A DNA stretch of 32,000 nt, taken from positions 630,001 through 662,000 of the forward strand of contig NZ_WUUQ01000001.1 in NCBI RefSeq assembly GCF_009831105.1. The letters run 5' to 3'. Below the pieces are notes generated by a model. That model worked only from the letters and a program-made list of their open reading frames with translations. It had not been told where the DNA came from and searched no databases. Origin of the DNA: Copranaerobaculum intestinale (GTDB taxonomy: Bacteria; Bacillota_I; Bacilli_A; Erysipelotrichales; Erysipelotrichaceae). Shown in pieces: positions 19,295 to 25,423 of the stretch (its first letter is position 1; each line of letters begins with the position of its first letter). Made by a program: the position numbers and the translations under genes.

Positions 19295-19750
19295 CTATTG
19301 TATATCCTTCAACAGAAGCAGCAGCCGTTTTTGATCAGACGGCGAAATCGGATCTTTGGGATTATAGAAGTAATGATCTAATACATCACTGTTTTTCAAA
19401 AGTTCATCATACACATCGTGGATGTGTTCTTTATCACTATGATGAGCGATTGCACTTGTAATGATCGAAATTTCATCGGCAGTAAATAACTGGGTATGAT
19501 TGAGAATTTCTAAAGACAGCTCTGCCCCTCGTACGGCGTGATCGGCACTATTCTCAAGGTATCTGGCAATATCGTGAAGCATACCGGATACCGCCGCAAT
19601 TTCCGGATCGAGGTTTTCCTTCATAGCCAGAAACGCTGCCCATTTTGATACGCCGTATAAATGGATATAGGCGAATTTCTGCTCCTCCGCGGATGGTATC
19701 CGCTGTAGAATACGGTCTGTTTGAACCCGAATATATTCTAATCGATCCAT
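19295..19750 (-). CDS. HD-domain phosphohydrolase
   Basis: H...HD motif (HLYGVS...GMLHDIARY) and a later AIAHHSD. An AGGAG RBS lies upstream on the minus strand. Confidence 0.75.
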   Translation of the reverse strand: MDRLEYIRVQTDRILQRIPSAEEQKFAYIHLYGVSKWAAFLAMKENLDPEIAAVSGMLHDIARYLENSADHAVRGAELSLEILNHTQLFTADEISIITSAIAHHSDKEHIHDVYDELLKNSDVLDHYFYNPKDPISPSDQKRLLLLLKDIQ

Positions 19751-19872
19751 ATTGTTTCTCCTTTTTTACATTTTATCACCGGGTTGGGAAAATGTATAGA
19801 ACTCCGGCTTGAATCACTCGCGAAATAAAGCGAGAAGGCGTATAATGAACATAGAGAACGGGAGGGAGAATT

Positions 19873-21318
19873 ATGCTGATCAAGGATGAAGCATTACTGG
19901 AAGCGCTGCATAACTATCTTCATAAACACGAGGATGAGGAAATAACCGTGGATGACCTGGTTCAGCTGACATCGTTCAGTGCCCGTAAGGCGGATATCCA
20001 TGACTTGTCTGGCTTGGAGCATGCAATCAATTTAACCTATCTTGACTTAACCGGTAACTATATAAATTCACTGGACGTTTTATCCTCGATGGAACAGTTA
20101 TCCTATTTAAATGTATCAAAAAATCAGATACGAGAGTTATGGCCGATTAGTCAGCTGCGGGAGTTAAAGCGGCTCGATCTTTCCAACAATAATTTGTATA
20201 TGATGGATTTAACTGCCATATCACGACTGGATAATCTGGAAGAATTGAATTTAGATCGCGCCAAGATCAACAGCATTGAACCGCTTGAGGGGATGAAGCG
20301 GCTGCGGGTGCTTCATTTGGGAGTAGCTGGTCAGGCACCTAGTATTTATCCATTGGCTACCCTGCCTTCGCTGGAAGTGCTGACGATGAATCATATGTGG
20401 ATGTATGATATCAATGATCTTACGTATCTTAGCAATTTAAAGCATCTGGAGCTTTCGACCAATTTATTCAGTGATCTTTCGCCGTTAAAAACGATGAAGC
20501 ATCTTCAGGTACTGGATTTATCAAATAATGAATATCTGCGTGATGTCAGTGTGCTTAGCGAATTGACTGAGCTGAAGGACTTGAATCTTTCCTACGATCC
20601 GGTTGATGATTTCGGATTTTTGAAAGATTTGGATCAGCTGAGCGCACTTCGCCTGGCCCAGACTGGTCTTCGTGATGTTTCGGTTCTGGAACACCTGTTG
20701 CATTTGGAAAAATTGGATTTGTCTGATAATCATATTCATCATATAGAAAGATTATCCGATTTACGAGAATTGATTTATTTCAAAGCCAGCAACTGTCAGC
20801 TTCATACGATAGATTTTCTGAAGCATGCGGGGAAGCTGGAAGAGCTCAGCCTTTATAATAATATGATCAAAGATATCGATATTTTGAATCATTGCAATGG
20901 TTTGACCACGCTTGATGTCAGTAATAACAATATCCGCCGTATTGACGCGTTGAAAGAGCAGTACAATCTGGAGTGTCTGCTGCTTGCCAATAACAGTATC
21001 CGCGATATAGAACCATTGAAAAACCTGACCAATCTTGGCGTTCTCGACCTGTATAATAATGTCGTGGAGGATTTGCATCCATTATCAAACTTAGTGAACT
21101 TGATTCGATTGCGTCTGGATCATAACAGTATTATTGACTTACAGCCGCTGGATAAGCTTATCTATTTGAGCAGTCTGTCTTTGAAAGCGAATTATATCAT
21201 TGATGTCTCGCCATTAAAGAAGCTCACGTCGCTGTATGAGCTGCGTTTAGATGATAATCCGATCATGGATATCAGTGTTCTGGAGGATCTGGAATATTAC
21301 GATAAATTTAGCAGCTAA
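19873..21318 (+). CDS. leucine-rich repeat protein (~19 tandem 22-aa LRRs), no signal peptide
   Basis: A regular LxxLxxLxLxxNxIxDIxxL periodicity runs through the protein. The N-terminus is acidic and hydrophilic, and I see no LPXTG or cell-wall anchor. Confidence 0.85.
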   Translation: MLIKDEALLEALHNYLHKHEDEEITVDDLVQLTSFSARKADIHDLSGLEHAINLTYLDLTGNYINSLDVLSSMEQLSYLNVSKNQIRELWPISQLRELKRLDLSNNNLYMMDLTAISRLDNLEELNLDRAKINSIEPLEGMKRLRVLHLGVAGQAPSIYPLATLPSLEVLTMNHMWMYDINDLTYLSNLKHLELSTNLFSDLSPLKTMKHLQVLDLSNNEYLRDVSVLSELTELKDLNLSYDPVDDFGFLKDLDQLSALRLAQTGLRDVSVLEHLLHLEKLDLSDNHIHHIERLSDLRELIYFKASNCQLHTIDFLKHAGKLEELSLYNNMIKDIDILNHCNGLTTLDVSNNNIRRIDALKEQYNLECLLLANNSIRDIEPLKNLTNLGVLDLYNNVVEDLHPLSNLVNLIRLRLDHNSIIDLQPLDKLIYLSSLSLKANYIIDVSPLKKLTSLYELRLDDNPIMDISVLEDLEYYDKFSS

Positions 21319-21553
21319 TGCTTGTGAACCCTACATGAAATTATTTTTGATGCAGGGTTTCTTTTATAGGATTTGATACAATAGGCAGAAAGGAGATTGC
21401 ATGAAGCGGTATATGCTTTAAGAGAAGGCATGAAAGTGATCGATGTAATGAAATATCAATATGGATCGCAGGATGTGTCTGTCAGTCTGTTAAACAATCG
21501 TGCATTATCTTCGTAAGGATGTTTTTCTGATGATGTATGAATTAGAAGGAAAA

Positions 21554-21583
21554 TTGGATAATCTGCATATATTGTGATATAAT
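21554..21583 (+). promoter_or_regulatory. promoter of the DEAD-box helicase gene
   Basis: TTGGAT (21554-21559), an 18-nt spacer, then TGATATAAT (extended -10, 21575-21583). Confidence 0.5.
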
Positions 21584-21674
21584 GTTAAAACTGACTTAAT
21601 ATTATGCAGGAGAAGCGATACTTTAAGTTATACCATGTATCGCTTTTTCATTGTTTAAGTAGAAAAGGAAAATC

Positions 21675-23078
21675 ATGAAATTTAATAAATTAGACATTAT
21701 CGAGCCTTTATTAAGGGCTGTGAAAGAACAAGGCTATGAAGATGCGACGCCTATTCAGGAAAAGGCAATTCCTCAAGCACTTCAAGGAAAAGATATTTTA
21801 GGTTGTGCACAAACCGGAACCGGGAAAACCGCGGCTTTTTCAATTCCTACGATTCAGCAGCTGTATCAGGCAGGAAAGCGGGATTATATCCGCGCATTAA
21901 TCTTAACCCCCACTCGAGAACTGGCAATTCAGATTCAGGAAAATATGTGCGCGTATGCAAAGTATACCGAAATTAAGAGTGCGGTCATTTTTGGCGGCGT
22001 TTCACAGAAACCACAGGAACGAGCAATCCAAAATGGTGTGGATATCGTAATTGCGACACCGGGACGTTTGAATGATTTAATAAAACAAAGCATTATTGAT
22101 TTATCACATATCGAAATTTTTATATTAGATGAAGCCGATCGGATGTTAGATATGGGTTTTTTGAACGATGTAAAGAAAATTATCGCCCAAATTCCTGTAA
22201 AAAAGCAAACTTTATTTTTCAGTGCAACGATGCCGAAGGAAATTCGCACCCTTGTACATACGCTTCTTGTTGATCCGGTTAGTGTGGAAGTCACACCTGT
22301 TTCCAGCACGGCAAAGCAAATTGATCAAACCCTATATTATGTAGATAAAGCGAACAAGAAGCATTTATTGTTGGATATTCTGGAACATAATGATGTCCAG
22401 AATGCCCTTATCTTTACCAGAACGAAGCACAATGCGAATCGGTTAGGAAAGTTTTTAATCAACCACAATATAAAAGCCGGGGTGATCCATGGTAATAAGT
22501 CACAGAATGCCCGTCAAATTGCCTTAACCCAATTTAAAGAGGGTAAAATCAGAATATTGGTCGCAACGGATATTGCTGCAAGGGGCATTGATGTCAGTGA
22601 ATTAAGCCATGTTTTTAATTACGACATGCCGAATGAGGCAGAAGCATATGTGCATCGCATCGGAAGAACCGGGCGGGCAGGAAAGACCGGCACTTCTATT
22701 TCCTTCAGTGATATCGATGAAATCGATTATGTGAAAAGTATTCAGAAATTAATTGACTGTGATATCCCAGTGAACCGCGAACATGCTTATCCGATGCTTG
22801 TGACAACACCTACTCCAAAGAAAAAACAGGGGCAAGGTAGAAATACCAGTCCAAAACAGGGGAAACAGTCTAATAAATCAAAGAATTCAAAATCATCAGA
22901 TACTGGTGTTACAAAAAAATCCTATAACAATAATAAGCAGACTCCATCAAAATCTAAGCAATTTGGTAAGGATACAAAAGCAAATGACAGCAAAAAACGT
23001 GATAGCTCATCGCATGCTTATCAAGATAAAAAACGAAATTCCGCAAGCTCCTCAATTTATGCAATGCGAGGCAAGTAA
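21675..23078 (+). CDS. cshA: DEAD-box ATP-dependent RNA helicase with a basic Ser/Lys-rich tail
   Basis: Q-motif region, AQTGTGKTAAF (motif I), DEAD, SAT, and HRIGRTGRAG (motif VI). The C-terminal ~90 aa are low-complexity K/S/N-rich. Confidence 0.9.
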   Translation: MKFNKLDIIEPLLRAVKEQGYEDATPIQEKAIPQALQGKDILGCAQTGTGKTAAFSIPTIQQLYQAGKRDYIRALILTPTRELAIQIQENMCAYAKYTEIKSAVIFGGVSQKPQERAIQNGVDIVIATPGRLNDLIKQSIIDLSHIEIFILDEADRMLDMGFLNDVKKIIAQIPVKKQTLFFSATMPKEIRTLVHTLLVDPVSVEVTPVSSTAKQIDQTLYYVDKANKKHLLLDILEHNDVQNALIFTRTKHNANRLGKFLINHNIKAGVIHGNKSQNARQIALTQFKEGKIRILVATDIAARGIDVSELSHVFNYDMPNEAEAYVHRIGRTGRAGKTGTSISFSDIDEIDYVKSIQKLIDCDIPVNREHAYPMLVTTPTPKKKQGQGRNTSPKQGKQSNKSKNSKSSDTGVTKKSYNNNKQTPSKSKQFGKDTKANDSKKRDSSSHAYQDKKRNSASSSIYAMRGK

Positions 23079-23120
23079 TCGGATGAACATGTTTCTCTGG
23101 TTCTAAAATAATATAATAAA

Positions 23121-23156
23121 AATGTATCATACTTCTATAAGTAGATACATTTTTTG
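23121..23156 (+). terminator. rho-independent terminator after the helicase gene
   Basis: AATGTATC / GATACATT stem followed by TTTTT. It coincides with the compositional switch to AT-rich DNA. Confidence 0.7.
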
Positions 23157-23293
23157 TATTCCTCTATCTAATATTTTCAGAATATCGTAAAAGTAGCCGA
23201 ATTCATTGATTATTTTGTAACAGTTCCTTATTTTGATCCAAGCATAATCATCTTGTATTGATTCTTTTTTCTACAAAAAAGGTAACTACCTAA

Positions 23294-24274
23294 TTATTTT
23301 GAAGCGTATTTCTTTAAATTACATTTTAGGATATCAATGAATTCTTCTCTCACGTCAGCTGGTTCAATAATTGTGCAATAGTTCATATATTGTAAAGCAA
23401 AATACAGCATTCCTTGTTTAGAGGATTTGATAATTGCTAAGAATTCTTTATCGTTCTTTTTCTGAATATATATATCCTGACCAAAACGATCAATCATGTC
23501 ATCTAATATGAAATGATCGCAAAGTATCGTGAACGTTTCTACATTACCGCCATACATATATATTTTGGTTTTACAATATTCGTAAGGGTTGAAATCTTTT
23601 TCTATCGGTCTTATCGGCAGTGCGGTAATGATTATGTTTTTCATTTTATCAATCCGATAATGACTTAAATTTGTATAATCATCTTTTTGACAAAGCAGAT
23701 AATAATTTTCATTTGCATAAACAATATGATAAGGATGAACGATGTATTTTTTATCTTTTCTGGGAATCATTTTCTTATTATAATCATATTTCATATAGTC
23801 AAACGATATTGCTTTATTTTGTTGGACTGCTTCCAGTATCACTTCGATGTTAAGGAAGAAATCGTGATTTAAAGATTTGTTTGAATTTTTTAAATATATG
23901 TTTGGATAAAAGGATTGATATACATATTTGCTTTGGGTATGAAGCAACTTCTGTATTAACTGTTTCGATTCTGTTTCAGGGATGAAATGGGAAGAATATA
24001 TGGCATTGCACAGTAAATGTATTTCTGATTTTTCGAATGATCTTTCACCAAGAAAAAAACGCAGTGCGGTACCATTTGAGTTATCATCCCTTGATTGTAT
24101 ATCCACACCAGCTTCAATAAGGGCGTCTATATAAGAAGTAAATGTGTGTCTTTCAATTTGGATGTCATATTGAGTTTCTAAGAGTTTTTGAATTTCACGA
24201 CGAGTGAGCGGGTGTTCCTCATCGGAAAATGTCTTTAATATTTGATAAATATGAAATAGTATTGTTTTCTTCAT
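23294..24274 (-). CDS. WYL-domain transcriptional regulator (wHTH - WYL - WCX architecture)
   Basis: N-terminal winged HTH (IYQILKTFSDEEHPLTRREIQKLL...YIDALIEAGVDI). Central WYL-like core (KYIVHPYHIVYANENYYLLCQKDDYTNLSHYRIDKM). C-terminal extension domain. The 326-aa length fits the BrxR/CapW/PafBC-type family. Confidence 0.75.
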   Translation of the reverse strand: MKKTILFHIYQILKTFSDEEHPLTRREIQKLLETQYDIQIERHTFTSYIDALIEAGVDIQSRDDNSNGTALRFFLGERSFEKSEIHLLCNAIYSSHFIPETESKQLIQKLLHTQSKYVYQSFYPNIYLKNSNKSLNHDFFLNIEVILEAVQQNKAISFDYMKYDYNKKMIPRKDKKYIVHPYHIVYANENYYLLCQKDDYTNLSHYRIDKMKNIIITALPIRPIEKDFNPYEYCKTKIYMYGGNVETFTILCDHFILDDMIDRFGQDIYIQKKNDKEFLAIIKSSKQGMLYFALQYMNYCTIIEPADVREEFIDILKCNLKKYASK

Positions 24275-24386
24275 CTTGATCCCTCTTTTGCTTTCATTCT
24301 ATCATAAATAAATTTACAAATTTTGAAAACCTGGTTGGATTTTCTACCATACTGCTATTTTATAATGATAACGCGAGGTGATAGAG

Positions 24387-24851
24387 ATGACGGATTGGCT
24401 TATTACAAAAAATCATATCGTTCATTATTGTGATTGTCCATACGTGACGAGCGGTATGAAATGTACAAATTTATGGATTGCGTTAGAACAAGGCAATCGA
24501 ATTTGTAAACATTGCTTACATAAGTATTTAAGCTGTGAATGTGATCAAATCTTCCAAACTTTTCATGGAATCATCAAAAATGTTTATTGGGAATATAATT
24601 ATTTATTTTTTGGAACAGCTTACTCCTACTGGTGTCTCAATTTGGTGGACTTTAAATTGTGGCATACACGTAACTTGGATTATCCGGCGCCCTTTTCTGA
24701 TAATTTTCATTTTCAAAAAGAATGTATATCGCTTTATGATGCTGTTTCTTATGGAGTTGAACATGATAAACATCATCCATATGTTTCTAAAAAACCTTTT
24801 GGCAATTTTTCTGTTTATCAGAAAATTATGATAATAGAGGCACAGCTGTAA
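24387..24851 (+). CDS. hypothetical Cys/His-rich protein with an N-terminal zinc-ribbon-like motif (154 aa)
   Basis: A GAGGTG RBS lies 6 nt before the ATG at 24387. The N-terminus, HIVHYCDCPYV...(22 aa)...NRICKHCLHKY, resembles Ada-like H/C-x-C...CxxC metal-binding modules. I do not recognise the aromatic-rich C-terminal half. Confidence 0.55.
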   Translation: MTDWLITKNHIVHYCDCPYVTSGMKCTNLWIALEQGNRICKHCLHKYLSCECDQIFQTFHGIIKNVYWEYNYLFFGTAYSYWCLNLVDFKLWHTRNLDYPAPFSDNFHFQKECISLYDAVSYGVEHDKHHPYVSKKPFGNFSVYQKIMIIEAQL

Positions 24852-24899
24852 TTGGTATTTCACGAATAATTATTGGAAGAAATGGAGGGAGCTGAAACG

Positions 24900-25187
24900 A
24901 TGAGATTGATAACGATAACAGGTATTGAACATTATTTTGGACAGGAAATTTTTCGGCCAGGTCAAACTTTAATATTGAAAAAAGATCTTGATAATTCTTA
25001 TGACAGCGAGGCAATTCAAGCGGAATTAGAAACCGGTGTAAAGGTTGGATACGTTGCTAATAGTATTCATACCGTAGCAAGGGGATCGCATAGTGCTGGA
25101 CGTATTTATGAAATTATAAATGACCGGCAGCCTGTAAAAATATTATGTATTTTATATAACTGTGTTATAGCAGAATTAGATTTATAA
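24900..25187 (+). CDS. stand-alone HIRAN-domain protein (95 aa)
   Basis: ITGIEHYFGQEIFRPGQTLILKKDLDNSYDSEAIQAEL..GVKVGYVANS follows the HIRAN consensus (GxxxYxG...G..l.L.rep.N.yD.nAi.v....g..iGYv). The GGAGGGA RBS sits 9 nt before the ATG at 24900; the track start at 24873 is a TTG. Confidence 0.65.
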   Translation: MRLITITGIEHYFGQEIFRPGQTLILKKDLDNSYDSEAIQAELETGVKVGYVANSIHTVARGSHSAGRIYEIINDRQPVKILCILYNCVIAELDL

Positions 25188-25252
25188 AAAATGTGAAAGA
25201 AAAGATACATATTATGATACAATACTAAGTGTAAACGGTTACATTTTTGGGG

Positions 25253-25281
25253 TTGACAGGGTCTGGGGAATTTGTTAATAT
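25253..25281 (+). promoter_or_regulatory. strong sigma-70 promoter driving tracrRNA (and probably cas9)
   Basis: Consensus TTGACA (25253-25258), an exact 17-nt spacer, then TGTTAATAT (extended -10, with the -10 at 25276-25281). Confidence 0.7.
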
Positions 25282-25287
25282 GGTTTT

Positions 25288-25406
25288 GCAAGAGATATCT
25301 TGCTATAAGTACAAATTCATTTTGCAAGACTTTCTATCAGAGTTTCTCTCGTAGAGAGTAACTGCAAGAAAAAGCCCTAATAGGTAACTATAGGGCTTTT
25401 TCTTTT
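25288..25406 (+). ncRNA. tracrRNA: tracrRNA
   Basis: The anti-repeat at 25303-25338 matches the reverse complement of the CRISPR repeat at 31 of 36 positions, and two of the five differences are G:U-compatible. Downstream come a CTCTC-GTA-GAGAG hairpin and a terminator (AGCCCTA...TAGGGCT plus T-run, 25371-25406). The 5' end is inferred from the promoter, not measured. Confidence 0.8.
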
Positions 25407-25423
25407 ATAGGAGGAACGTACAT

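Noticed and set aside
19873-21318. Periodic DNA-level repetition that might be mistaken for a repeat array or a surface internalin virulence gene.
   Set aside because: The periodicity is the 66-nt LRR codon repeat of one continuous ORF with divergent units, and no secretion or anchoring signals are present.
23671-23872. Small plus-strand ORFs antisense to the WYL gene.
   Set aside because: Same reasoning: they are chance AT-rich ORFs embedded in a well-supported minus-strand gene.
24535-24863. Overlapping ORFs 24535-24831 (+) and 24603-24863 (-) inside the Cys-rich gene.
   Set aside because: They are alternative-frame or antisense ORFs of the kind expected by chance in ~28% GC DNA. They have no RBS and give Ile/Phe/Lys-rich junk-like translations.
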